This document shows, one piece after another, positions 36,299 through 50,019 of a stretch of 64,000 nucleotides of DNA. The stretch is from Azolla caroliniana. Its lineage: Eukaryota; Plantae; Polypodiophyta. The stretch covers positions 6,696,001 to 6,760,000 of the forward strand of contig JBHGNT010000003.1 in the NCBI GenBank assembly GCA_043228905.1, written 5' to 3'. How positions within the stretch are numbered: position 1 is the stretch's first letter; every line of letters starts with the position of its first letter. The position numbers and the translations under genes are program-made. The notes under the pieces are model-generated. The model was given only the letters and a program-made list of their open reading frames with translations. It was not told the DNA's origin and ran no database searches.

Positions 36299-39200
36299 TC
36301 ATGTTGTTCGCCATAAGAATGGTACTGGTGGCGGGAACAACCAACGAGGTGGCACATAATTCCACCTAACCTTCGTGCCTGCATCTAACATTATAGGAAT
36401 AGCTGACCAAACTCGTCGTAATCTCTTTCTTTTTCGAATGGCTGTGTTTCCATAGCCTTTATACATGTCATACTCACCTTTAACCGAATGTACTAATAAA
36501 TTCCAAAAAGACTTTACCTGATCCACAACGTGAATGTCTTCATCATTGTATAACTTGGAGCACCTAGCTTTCCAAAGAACCCATAGAGACAACGAGGAGA
36601 CAATCTGCCAAACATAGCTCCGCGAGAAGAACTTGACTCCCTGCAAGGATCTTGAAGTAGAATATACCTGAAAACTTCTTACATATAAAGACAATGAAGA
36701 ATGATTATAATGATAAAAAGCCCTTTGTTGATCCAACATTCCCCAAAAGATTGCACCCCACGTAAAAATAGCAGATCTATACTTACGACCTAGAAGCCTA
36801 AGAATTCGACACCAAAAACTTTTTGCGGAAACACATTCCCAAAATGCATGATGCAATGTCTCATCCGCAAACCCACACATAATACATGACTGATTACTCA
36901 CCGATCCCCTCAATAAATGACCTATTGGCAATGCATAATGAATCATCAACCACCGAAAATGCAAATTTATCTTATTCATGCATTTAATAGACCAAAACTG
37001 TTTCCAAAACATAACCATATGAGTAGATGAAACATTACCTTCCTCCCAATACTTTTTTCCAACAGGTATCGGCTCAGTCTGCCTCAACATAAAATTCCTG
37101 CCAAACGCTACTGAATATTTGAAAAAAGGAAGGATCTTAGTCGAAGAGTCAGATATGGATAATTTCCAACCATAATCCGCTGGATCCCACTGTAGGTCAT
37201 CAATAGGTTTAGAGTCTAACACCGAAATATGAGATGAAAAATTAACTATTAGTGGACTAGGATCGATATATATATTTTTATCTAATCTAGCAATTACTCG
37301 CACTGGCAATTGCTTCGCAGCCAACATGATTTGAGACTCCTCATCCACTAGTATCAACCTACCATTGTCCAACACTTCATAAAAAGAAATGCTACCATTT
37401 TGATCATATAACCAAGCTCCTATAAGTATATTGAGTGTCGAGAACATACCGTACCAACTCTGAAAATGATCGAATTGCAATGTAGGCACTGTGACCTGAT
37501 ACACCCTGGATAATTGTGATAACATGATCTTAGCCCCTCTTAAGTTCGATAACCTATTACTTTGCTCCAGCGTAGAGGACTGCATAAACCTTATCCAATC
37601 CGCAACCGTACGAGCTGGTCCACTATCCATTGCAGCCCATGATAACCTAGGGCGTAAACCCAAAACACATGCAGCTTCATCAGTAAATAAAGGATTCCAT
37701 ATCAATGGTTGACGCATAAATTGATGATAGCTTTTCGGTGGCAAGAAAACAAGCGCTTGCCGAAGAGTTTCCCATGCCCGAAAAATTCCATTGAAGAAAC
37801 GCAATGATCCATCATTGGACTTAGGTAGCTGGAAATCTGCATTAAAGAACCATCTAAGACTATCCTTCCATTGACCACCTACCGAAGGCTTGACCTTATA
37901 TAGATGTTGCATCCATAGCTTTTTCCATAACTCCTGTCCTGGCAATAAACTCCTAACAACATGTTTAGTAAGTAAAGCTTTGCTTTGCATAAATGGATCA
38001 ATCAAACCTAAACCACCTTTTTGTTTAGGTTGTATCAGAATAGACCAAGCTACCTTTGCTACAGGATTGACTGACCTATTGTTCCCCCAAATAAAATTCC
38101 GTACTAAACGTTGAACTTTCAACATTATTGACCTAGAAAACAGCCATGTAGATGCTATATACCAAATCGAGGACAACAACACTGCATAGCTATAACTACA
38201 CGTCCTGCTAAAGATAATTTTTCTTTATTCCAATATACTAATTTATTTCTTAATCTTAACAATAAGGGTGCAATCATATCTTCTGACTTTAATCCCACAC
38301 CCACTCGACAACCTAAATACCTAATGGACTGACCTTGAGGTATCCATGTGAATCCTAAAGAGGGTACATTAACTGGCGGATCTCCCGAAGCGACCCAAAA
38401 ACCTGATGACTTATCCCAATTTATCAATGCACCCGATGCATCTGAGAAATCATCCACGGCCTTTTGCACATGAAACAAATTACCATGTGAGGCCTGAACA
38501 TATAAAGTTGTATCATCAGCGAATTCACAATCCACATTTGCGTTTGCTACTGGTAGTGCTAAACCTTTAATATTTACATATGGAGAATTTAAATGTACAG
38601 AGAATGCTTCGGATACTAACAAAAACAGGAAAGGAGCAAGTGGACATCCCTGGCATACAGATCTTGAAATAAAAAAACGCCTACCAATGTCCCCTGCAAA
38701 TAATAGAGAACTACTTGCATTACGATATAATGTTGAAACTCCTCGTATCCAATTACTTGGAAAACCCATCCTAACGAGTGCTCCCTCCATAAAATCCTAG
38801 TCCACTCTGTCGTAAGCTTTTTCAAAATCAAGAAATAACACCGCCAAATCTTGCTTCTACACTTCAACGATGGTCACCATTTCCCAAAAGAGAATAATAT
38901 TATCAAAAATACTTTGCTCTTGCAAAAAACTTGTCTGGGTATCATGAATCAACTCCAAAAGATAAGGTTGTAACCGTCTAGCTATCGTTTTTGCTAATAT
39001 CTTATAAATAACATTCAACAAAGTAATTGATCTCCACTGGCTAAGCTCTTCTAACTGTCCACTTGTTTTAGGAATCATATAGATTAAACCCTCCTTCCAT
39101 TCTTGGGGCATATTTCCAGAATCTAAAATTTATTGATAGGCCTTAGTCAGCCCATCACCTATCAAATCCCAATACTGGATATACCATTGAACTCCCAGCC

Positions 39201-40668
39201 CATCCACACCAGGACAAACATCCTTTGCAAGGGCTTTTACTGCTTTAAAAACCTCTTGAGTACTTAATGGTTGTAAAAGACAACGTAAAAGATTTCCAAA
39301 AACCCTATTCTGAACCCTAGACCATATAATATCCCTCTTAACCATATCAGCCTCAGAAAATGGTCTAGCTTTTAACAAAGCTTCATAATAATCAGAGGCT
39401 ATTTGTCGCATCTGGCTAGGATCCATGGTATAAGAGCCATCAAGACATCTTAATCTAGATATCCTAGCTGATGACTTATGATGATTATGCACTGCAAAGA
39501 ACAACTTGTTGACTTTATCTCCCGATTCTACCCATGTGGATGATGTATTGTGATAGTTAAAATCAACAGAAATCTTTTGTAAGTCCAATATTTGATTCCC
39601 TACTTGAACCACTCGAGCACTTATATAACTCGAATGTGGTCTTCTCTCTTGCAAATGTTGTAGGAATTTCAATCCCCTACGCAGCCTACCTATTTTAGTT
39701 AAAGATGCATAAAATACTTGTTTAGCCTTCCTATAAAAAAATTGTTGTGTTTCACTAATAGCCTTGTGAACACTAGATAATGCATAATCATAGGAGTAGT
39801 TATACTTATTCCAAATATTATGCACTGTAGGGGAACAATCTGGGCTAAGAAACACATGATTCGGAATTCTAAACCTTGAGTTCTTATACTGCTCCTGTAA
39901 GACTATAACTAACCGAAGCGGTGCATGATCAGAAAAGGAAAATGAAGGTATGATTCCAATGGAACCTCCTTTTTCCCACAAAAACTTATCAGCATAAAAT
40001 CTATCTAACCTAGACAAATTTGCATGTGATTGTCTTCTATCTTATCTTGAATACTCTAAGGAATCTTGTATCCTTGTAAAAGAAGACACATGCCACAAGT
40101 CCAATAAACCTAAAGAAAAAATTAAACATTCCCATTCATATAGTTCTAAACCAGATATTGTTTGTGATGTGCCTCCTAACCTATCACACCCATCCTCCAA
40201 CATATTAAAATCACCTGCCAATGCCCAATGGTCAACAACTGGTAATTGTGCCATTAGGCTCTTCCAAAGTATCGTTCTATCTTTCGTATGATTCGGTGCA
40301 TATATATTCAACAAACCCCATTTTTTCAAACCAATTTGTAAAATTACATATTGACCTCTACCACAAGTCAAAACTCCGTAATGTAAGAAAGCAGAGCACC
40401 AAAAGTCATTTATTGCAATGCCAAGTCCTGCCTTCCGATTATTATCCCCAGTTGCAGGCACCCAAAATTGTCTCCACTGGCCTGGCAACAAATTTCCGTA
40501 TTTTTGTATCCTTTGTTCATTTAAATGATGCTCTTGAATAAGAAGAACATCAATTCTACCTATGACAGACTTTCTTAACTGACGACGGAAAACACTCCTT
40601 ATTTTAAGGTAATGTTTGCCTCCCAAGCCCCGTACATTCCATGAAATAATATTTAATCTATCCATCAT
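36299..40668 (-). pseudogene. L1 ORF2 (APE endonuclease, RT, zf-RVT), with several stops and frameshifts
   Basis: ISWNVRGL, IQEHH, IYAPN, GDFN, SRLDRFY, SDH; CPGVDG, QGCPLAP, FADD, YLG; CIMC...ETLHHAFWEC. Confidence 0.92.
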
Positions 40669-42097
40669 TCATGTTTTGCACTCCTACTCTACTTTCAACC
40701 AGTGCAACGTCTCTACCCTTCCTTCCACCTTCGGAGGCCCGTAATTGTCTCCTATTTGACCAAATGTCTTTCCCAGTCACCTTATGTGCACGCACAGGCA
40801 TGTGTTTATCTATGTTAGAAACCCTATCAGATGACTTATCAACTGTAGTAAAAGCAACTATATTGCCACCCTTCATCTCAGCATGTGTGAGGTCAACCTT
40901 GAGCACTTCATTTTCCTTTTTAAACTCTTCGAAAGCAACGGATGTATCAATTTGTTGTACTTGGTCTAAAAATATTTGTTTATCGTTACTAAATTGATTA
41001 TTAACCTTAAAAACAGATTCCACATCTTGTACCTTCGAAAATATGTCTTTCAAATTATGTTGCTCGTTCGTGAAAACTGGGATGGAAAAACCGCCCTCCA
41101 CTTTACTAGTCCCCACCTCCTTTTCCGTTTCCTGCAAGGAATGATAAGGATTAGCTTCAAGTAATAACACTGGCTTAACCAACTTACTAGTCGGTTTAAA
41201 AACATGTTTAGCAGCAACTGTAGACCAACCCTCATTATTAACATTCGGTTGACTTGGTGCACGTGCTTCATCCTTCGGCCGGTGCTTTTGACAATCTCAA
41301 CCTAAATGACCAAATTGTCGACACACAAAACATTGATTAGGTAAACCTTGATAATATATCTTTTGCACAACCGGCGATTTATTCATAAGTAAGTTAGGTA
41401 ATGTAATAGTTAACGGCAACCGAATAGATCTTGGTGCAATCAACCGAACAGCGGGTACCCCACCCACCTATCCCTCGCGCATACCAATGACCTTACCTAA
41501 CAATGCCCCAATACGAGGAAGAACATTCCTCCATTCCTTCCTTAATCTAGGGAATACCGCCGTAAACACCATACTGGACTCTTGATCCTGTAATATGTCA
41601 TCTACATTAACATTATGAGACCATTTATGAAAAGATATCCATGCACCTTCCATGCCCGCCTCCTTAATTGCTAGTAGCTTCGTGACGGCCTCCTCGCTTG
41701 CAAATTCCACATGGTAACATCCCCGAGACATGAATTGAATATCGATTATCTTATCCGCTTCCTCCGAGAAAGCCGCGTACAAAGTATGTCGAAGTTCCGA
41801 TCGATTTAATCTCAAACCTTGTACCTGCACTACCAAGGAGTAAACTTCCAACCTTTGTACCTCGCCCAAAACCACAGCTCGATCCTCCTCCGATAACAAC
41901 AGGTCGACTGTCTCATCACTGAAATGAGGCGAAAATTGGGGGGGTGCACTAGACTCCCCTGCTCGCGTATGCAGTCCAGCTGCAGATGAAGTAAGCGGCT
42001 GGCCCGCAGTCGACCTCCTGCGCGCGTCGGGATCACCTGTTTCTGAGGTCGCGCTGCTCGCGCCATACACGACCTGTGGTTTTCCTATCTACTGCAT
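40658..42097 (-). pseudogene. L1 ORF1 (RRM/DUF4283-like region + CCHC knuckle), disrupted
   Basis: Located upstream of ORF2 and overlapping it by 11 nt. GCYHVEF...FHKWS motif; PNQCFVCRQFGH knuckle at ~41290-41340. Confidence 0.75.
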
Positions 42098-42173
42098 CTC
42101 CTTGACCTCACTCAGCTCTCGCTTTTGATTTTAGAATTAGTTTCTAGTGATAAAAGTATGTTGTATCCTATTT

Positions 42174-42775
42174 ATGGTAAGCAGGTGTACACATGGGGTT
42201 TTGTGAGATAGGGAAGATTGGCTAAAGAAATTCAGAACTATGAAAAGGAGTATGTTGATTTTATTCTCCTCTCCGATGGAAGACATGCATTGGAGGTCTA
42301 TTATACTACAACAATATGTTGTTTGGAAGAGGACAAGATCTGGTCTACGATATCTTCTTTAGTAGTTTAGGTATTGTGGAAGGCTAGATGTAAATGTGCA
42401 TTTCAGAAAGTTGAATAGAATGCGGTTGAGTTAGTCAAGGAGATATGGTTAATACTCTTACATACTCTAAGAGGTCAATATGAAGCAAGAATTGGTGAGC
42501 CTGAGGTTGTGATTCGTAAACAACAACAGTTTCAAGAAATTTGGAAAAAGGCAAAGGTCTTCACCTATTTTGGAGAGAGAATAAAGTGGAGATATGCTCC
42601 ACCAAGATAGTCTTTTCCGCCCCTCGTCTGAGGGCTTTTGATACTTGACATGTTGGTGTTGGTTGATGTGGATATGAGGGTTATAATATATTGTATGAAT
42701 TGGTTGTAGCCGTTCGACATCTTTCCATTAATACCAAGGTGAATCTTCATTTAAAAAAGAAAAGAAAAAGAGAAA
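42174..42775 (+). mobile_element. Old L1 3' remnant, right part, with A-rich tail
   Basis: YGKQVYTWG...LWKARC...KWRYAPPR is homologous to the C-terminus of the 36299 ORF; A-rich run at ~42753-42775. Confidence 0.8.
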
Positions 42776-43772
42776 TCATTAGCCAAATGCTTTTCAAGAG
42801 AGGTTGATGTGAACAAATTCCAGAGGATGCTTTGCCATCTTCGTTTCTTCTAAGAAAGAATTTGAACGTTACTATCCCACTCAGCCTTATTGTTGACTTT
42901 AGTTAATATGAACATGTTGTTTTTTTTCCAATCCTTCACAATATTTTGAGGGACTAAGGTGCCCAAAAAGTGGATGCCACAACTTCACACAAGCTTCAAT
43001 CTCCACACCTTTTTGCAGGTAAAGCACTAATATTCAACAAATTATCTATTCATTTTGGAACCCAAGAGTTACCCAACTACTAGTAATCACCAACAATTTA
43101 GTTTGGGTGTTTCGAATTCAAAACTTTAAATTGAATCCAGTTCAACAATCGAATAGTTAACCCTAACCATTTGATGGAATTTTCAAGTTCAAACCTAATG
43201 CTACCATGTGTAGAGGTTTTAGCCTTATGTTTGATGAAATTCAATTATCTTTAGGGAATTTTCTCTCTAATTGGTCACCTTCTTTTGAGCATGTTTGGTT
43301 TGTTACCGGCCGGCAAGGAGTCCAAAATACGGAGTGAAGGAATTAATTAAGTATGGTTGTAAATAAGCATAGTGTGGACGGACGGACTGGAAACGGTATG
43401 CCGTTCCAAATCCGGACGGATCCCGAATAGGTGCGATAGGCACCGTTTTGTACTACGGGCCGGAAACCTATTTAAAGGCCCGGACCCCATTGTAATCGCA
43501 GCGGATAATTAATAGAGCGTATGGTGTTTATACTTCTGTGTTGATTTCCGTTCTGTAATTACTGTTATATCTTACGCGTGTAATTAACAAAAGCGCCCTA
43601 ATCGTGTAACCTACTTAGGTCGGTGTAATCGTTGAGTCATAATCCTATGCCGTAATCACCCTTTGGTGAAGTGTCTCCGTGACACCTTGTGTTAGGCCTT
43701 GTCCGGTCAGAGAACAACACAGTTTTGGCGACCACGATTCCTGCTTTCTCGCAGCGAACGACGGCTTAATGG

Positions 43773-46700
43773 ATGACTAGACCAACGCACGACCTGCTTA
43801 CAGACCGAGCTCGACGCCTCGCCGAACGGCAAAGACGACGTGAGACTTTCCAGCAAGCAGCGCACGAAATTCGCTCGGATCATTCGTTCTCCAACGAGAT
43901 CCGGAGAGTCGCGGAGGAATCTCTTCGGTTACAGCAAACTCGCGACCAGGACGACGGAAGCGGTCTAAGTAGTCTCCGGGAAACCGAACGCCTCCTCGAG
44001 GCGCTGGCAAGCGGAGAAAACGAGGCAGAAGCCTTTTCAGCCTACGAATCGGATTCCGAAGGGGGATACAGCGTGCAACGATACCCCCGGCGGCCCGGAG
44101 GACGACGGGTCGGATACCGTGCCGACTCCAGAACCGGAACCGTTCGACCAGGGCTATCTGGAACCGCAAACGGAAGCCGTCAACCCACCAACACCGGAAG
44201 TGGAAGAAGCAAAGCCACCGACACCAACGAAAGAGCCGGCGAAGGTACCGGAAGAAGAGCCGGTGAAGGAACCGGAAAAAGAACCGGAAGAGGAACCGGA
44301 AAAAGCACCGGAAAAAGAACCGGAAGTGGAACCGGAGAGAAAACCGGAAAGATATCAACAAACGCCACTAAACCGCGGCCTAATACTGGACGACGACATG
44401 CCGTTCCAATACTCAAAGTATCGCGATGATCCGGACGCGGAAGCGCATGTTCATGCCTTCGAGCAGACATGGGAAGCAAATCACGCGTCCCAGCGATTGA
44501 CACCGGAGGAAGAAGAACGCTCGAAGATAGCGGAATTCGGGGTCACGTTGGAAGGACCAGCGGCACGATGGCGGCGGACGCAGGACCCGGCGACCATCAC
44601 AACCTTTGCAGAATTAAAAGCAAAATTCTTGCATTTTTTCCACAAGGAGGTCGACCAGACGATAATGGTGGGCCTGTTTTATACGATCCGACAGGAGGCA
44701 GGGGAAAGCATTCCCCAATTAGTCATCCGTTTCCAACGAATGCATAGCCAGCTCGCCCGTGCACCCCCGGAGGAGGAATTACGGACGATATTTTTAAACG
44801 CACTCCGGGAACCGTTACGCACGGTGTGTACGGTGATCGACTTTCGAGGAAGCACCATTGACCAGGTCATTGACCGGGTCAGAGAAATGGAAAAGTCAAG
44901 CTCATGGTTTACACTGGGAGCACTGCAACGGGCGTTACCCACCGATGAAGATCTCCGGTTCCGGCAGGCAATTCAATGCACAATCTGCTTGAATGCCGGA
45001 CACTCGGCAGTGGAGTGCACCATGCGAACCCAGTGTGTGATTTGTCAATCCAAGAGTCATACAACGGACCGGTGCGAGTATAACCTGCTAAACCGACAAG
45101 CACCACCCGTCCGACGGATCGAGCCAAGAAGCAGCCGAGACGAAGATGAAGATCGTTGGCAAAGAATGAACCGGTACCGACCGGCACAGGATGTCCGGTA
45201 CGGAGACAGACAAGAGAATGATGGCCGGTACGGGGATCGGCATGATAACTACGACCGGTATGAGCGATCGGACCGTTATCGGGAGTCCAACATACGACAC
45301 GAGCAATACGACAGAGACCATTCCCCTGGTTACCGAAGGCACCAGGAGGACTATGGCCGATTTTACGATCCACCACGACAGGACTACCGAAATAAAAATA
45401 AGAATAATAAGAAACGTAATTTCAAGAAAGGTGGTCACCCTAGGGACCCGGAACATGGAACCCCAAGGAGCCAACCGGCACAGAACGCACCACTCACTAC
45501 GGGACCGACTCCGGCTACCAGCAATGCTGAATCCAGCAATACCCGTAAAGAGTACTGCTACTACTGCAGGCAAGAAGGCCACTACAGTAACCAGTGCCCG
45601 GCAAAGAGCTACGATAAACGACCAGCAGTTAATATGGTGGTTCCGGAAGTGGCGGATGTACAACAAGTAACCACACGGTCGAAAGGCATGGCCAAAGAGT
45701 GGGAAACACAAGAGGCCATACGAAAACAGGCGACGGAATGGGTGAAGGAAGCCAATGAAAGGAACGTCGCGGACGCGGAACGGCAAAAGGCGAATACCAT
45801 AGGGAGTGCCAGCGGTAGCCACGCAGAAAACGAGACATGGCAAGCACTGCAAGAATGTCAGATCACGTTGCCATTAGGAAGACTCTTGCAGCTCGTGCCG
45901 CGATTTACGGAAGGACTAAAAACGGTCATGACAGACGGTATAGCCCCACCGGCACCAGTCCTCTTCTCGAATCCGGAGGAGGGACCGACGGTGGTGGACA
46001 CTAGTAGTCCGGTGATTTCAGCTATTGTCAAAGGGCACGAACTTCCCGGCACAGTAATCGATGGAGGTTCCGGGGTGAACGTAATAAGCCTCCGCACGTG
46101 TGATGCCTTGGGTATACATGAATGGGAGCCATGTCCGTTCTGGCTACGGATGGCGGATACGAGCTCTGTACGGCCGACGGGCTTAATACGGAAATTGGAA
46201 GTCACCATAGGAGGTCACACATTTCACATCTCGGCGGTAGTGCTGTAGCTACAGGCCCAAGGTGCGTACCCACTGTTGCTAGGCAGACCATGGTTGAAAA
46301 CAACACACATCAAGCAAAATTGGCGGAAAAATATGATTACCTTCCGGCGCGGAAAAGCCAAGGTCCGGGTACCGACACAACCACGGACGAGCAACGGTAA
46401 GGAATGCACACCGCTGTATGCGGAATGCGTGAACATGCTTGAAGGGTTGGCAGACGACGAAGAAGCCCAGTACTTGGAGGAACACCCGAAGATCGTACCA
46501 CTCTTCAAGATTGACGTGGCTGAAGCCGTAACGCCATACTTGCTGCAACGGGACGAAACCGAAGCCGAACCAGACAAAGATTCGATTCGGGAATTACGGC
46601 AAGCACAGGAAGCGTTGGAACGGGAAATGGCCGTTTCCCAACGGGTAAAAACATCCCAGCTCAACGAAGTGAACCTAGGAAGCAAGGACGAATCAAAGCC

Positions 46701-49636
46701 GGTACACATCGCCAAAGAAATGAAGCCGGAAGATAAAGCGGCGATGATCAAACTTCTCACGGAGTTTCGCGACGTATTCGCCTGGTCATACGAAGACATG
46801 CGAGGGCTGGACCCTCAATTATATCAGCATCAGATCCACTTAGGCAAGGACGCGAAACCAGTGGCGCAAAGACGTTACCGAATGAACCCCAACTACGCCG
46901 CCAAAGTGAAGGAGGAAATCGACAAACTCCTAAGAGTGGGCTTCATCCGGCCGGTAAAGAAAGCGACGTGGCTAAGCCCCATCTTCGTCGTCCCAAAGAA
47001 GAACGGTAAAATCCGCGTGTGTGTAGATTACAGGAAACTAAATGCAGCCACAATTACGGATGCATTCCCTCTTCCGTTCACGGATGGAGTACTGGATGTC
47101 GTCGCCGGCCATGAAGTTTATAGCTTTTTAGACGGGTTCAGCGGATACAATCAAATCCGGATGCACCCTGACGACCAGGAGAAGACAACGTTCGTCACCG
47201 AATGGGGGGTGTTTGTGGCCGTAGTAATGATGTTCGGACTAAGAACGGCACCAGCAACTTTCCAGCGAATCATCATGGAGATCTTCGGCGAATACATTCC
47301 AGCCTTCATGCAGGTTTTCCTGGATGACTTTGCAGTCTATAGCCGGGAAAAAGACCATTTGCAGCACCTACGGTTATGCCTTGAAAAGTGTAGGTTATAC
47401 CGGCTAAGCTTAAACCCAGCGAAATGCATCTTTGGGGTGTCAAGTGGAATCTTACTGGGACACATTGTAAGTAAGGAGGGCATTGCGGTCGACCCGGACA
47501 AAATAAACGCGATACTAGGGGCACCGGCGCCGAAAACGGCCAAAGCACTAAGCCGATTCTTAGGACAGATCCGGTGGCACAGCCGGATGCTCCGTTACTT
47601 GGCTGACTTGGCTACACCATTACACACCGCGGTACATCGGACACCGTTCCAATGGACGGATACGGAGGATAAGGCATACAATGCCCTGAAGGTACTTTTG
47701 TCGCAAGCACCCGTCGTGCAGCCTCCGGATTGGAGCAAGGAATTTCATGTGTTCGTTGACGCTTCCGACATCGCTATCGGCAGCGCCTTAATGCAACTTA
47801 CGGAGCCCAAATGGTACCGGCCGGTATATTACGCCAGCCGGAAGCTGTCCCAAGCGGAGAAGAACTATTCGACTACGGAACGGGAGGCCCTGGGCATGAT
47901 CTACAGTGTCACAAAGTTTCGTCATTACCTATTGGGAAGGAAGTTCTCCTTTCATGTGGATCACTCGGCGCTCCTGTACTTAGTGTCCAAGGCGTCCCTG
48001 ACCAGTAAGTTGGCCCGTTGGACCTTGCTGTTGCAGGAGTTCGAATTCGAGATCTTCCACCGGCCCGGTATCCAGCATGTCGTAGCAGACTACCTGAGCC
48101 GGTTAGAGTCTGGAGAATCAGGCGACGGAGTATCGGATGAATTCCCGGACGCAGAGTTATTCCGTATCACCCCGGAAACGGCAGCGGACGACACGGTGGC
48201 ATCAGAAGATAGGTGGCTGACAAACATGCACCAGTTCCTAAGCACGGGCCTGCCACCGGAGGAAATTAACCGGGACAAGAGGAAACGACTGGCGGTGCAG
48301 AGCCGCAATTTCTGTCTGTTACGGGACACTCTCTACCACAAGGGAGCAGATGGAATATGGAGACGGGCAGTCCGTAGTGACGAGAAACAAGTAATCTTAC
48401 GGGAAGCACACTGTGGGGTTGCCGGAGGACACTATGCCGGGGAAGCGACGGCAAGGAAAGTATGGCAGAGCGGCTTATGGTGGCCCACGACGTTAAAAGA
48501 CGCCGTCAAGTATGCTAAGGAATGTGACCTATGCCAACGAATGGGCCAGCCTACGGAGCAAGCACGGATGCCACACCAACCGGTACTTCCACTAGAGCCA
48601 TTCCAGAAGTGGGGGTTTGGATTTTGTCGGACCGTTCAAGCCACCGGCAATGAGAACGGGTAATCGTTATGTCATCGTGGCAACAGATTATTGCACTAAA
48701 TGGGTGGAGGCTAAGGCCTTGAGAGACAACACCGCGTCATCCACAGCCAAATTCCTGTACGAGAACATTTGGTGCCGATATGGATGTCCGATTGAATTAA
48801 TCAGCGACCAAGGAGGGCACTTCCTCGGCCAGGTAGTTGAAAGCTTAACAACGTTCTATGCCGTGGTCCATAAACGGAGCACACCGTACTACCCACAAGC
48901 AAACGGGTTAGCAGAGTCAACCAACAAAACGCTCCAGAACATTCTCCGCAAAATCGTCAATGAAAACCGGACAGACTGGGATACAAAGCTCCATAGCGCG
49001 CTATGGGCGTACCGAACGGCATACAAAACAAGTATCCGGACAACGCCGTTCCGGTTAGCGTTCGGCTTAGAGGCGGTCATGCCGGTGGAATTTCAGGTAC
49101 CAAGCTTACGGATCCAACTACGGGAACGGCTGAATGAAAAGGAGTCGGAGGAAATGCGGCTAGCAGCACTATGCGAACTGGAGGAGCAATGGCTGGCCAG
49201 CATCCTACACATGGAACTGGAGCAACGACGACGGAAAGCGTTCGTTGACCGTCACCGGAAAGGTAATGAAAAGATGTTCGAAATCGGAAAGTCGGTGCTA
49301 GTATTCCAAACGAGGATGGGCAAGATGCCGGGTAAACTCCGGTTTAGATGGACAGGCCCGTATTGGCTGACACGGGAATACAACGGGTCCTATCAGTTAG
49401 GGACACTTGCCGGTGAAGTGCTAGGCAAGTGGGTCAACGGATTTAGACTAAAGCCCTATAAAGGACCGATGCCAAGTAACCCGTTTATGCAGCCCTCCGG
49501 CACTATACCGGGAACCTGTCCGGGAACGGTACGGATGGAAGAAAAAGACGACGGGGAACCCGTAGCAGAGGCGAAGGAAGACACGGCAACCCGTAAGGAA
49601 AACGGTAAGGGTCCGAAGGGACCTACGGATGTGTAA
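43773..49636 (+). pseudogene. Gypsy gag-pol (frameshifts ~44100 and ~48612, stop at 46246)
   Basis: Retrotransposon gag, three CCHC knuckles, VIDGGSGVN protease, CVDYRKLN and FLDD RT, VDAS...ERE RNase H, HHCC and DFVGP...SDQG...GLAE integrase, WTGPY. Confidence 0.93.
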
Positions 49637-50019
49637 GATCACATACCGTCATTAAAAATAAAATAAAATAATAATAATAATAATAATAATAATCATTAAA
49701 AATCGAGGTATGAACGGACGTGAAAGCAAGGAGCGAAAAGGTACGTAGTGGGCATTTAAGAGCCGCCACATTACTTAATACTAAATTGGTACACGACGTG
49801 CGCATGCTCGAAAAAGGCGCCAAGACGCACAGAGAAAAAGCAGAACGCATGGAGACCTTTTCATTTCGCGAGCCAAGAAGCACAGAAGCACCAAGGCGGT
49901 TGAAGCTTATCAGACGCGAACCTGCACTCAGAGAACCCCCACGTTCGGAACTCTCTCTCTCTCGCTCTCACTCTCATCACCACTCTACCTCGCCATCTTT
50001 CCTCAACCTCGAAGCAGAC

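Larger units (their letters stand above)
34608..42157 (-). mobile_element. Full-length (7.55 kb) degenerate L1-clade LINE
   Basis: 16-bp TSD ATGTTGTATCCTATTT at 34592-34607 and 42158-42173; ORF1, ORF2 and a 1.7-kb 3' region. Confidence 0.92.

Noticed and set aside
49720-50019. N-terminal 100 codons of the 402-aa track ORF
   Set aside because: GTG start and a CT-repeat leader; ATG 50020 is the more plausible start.
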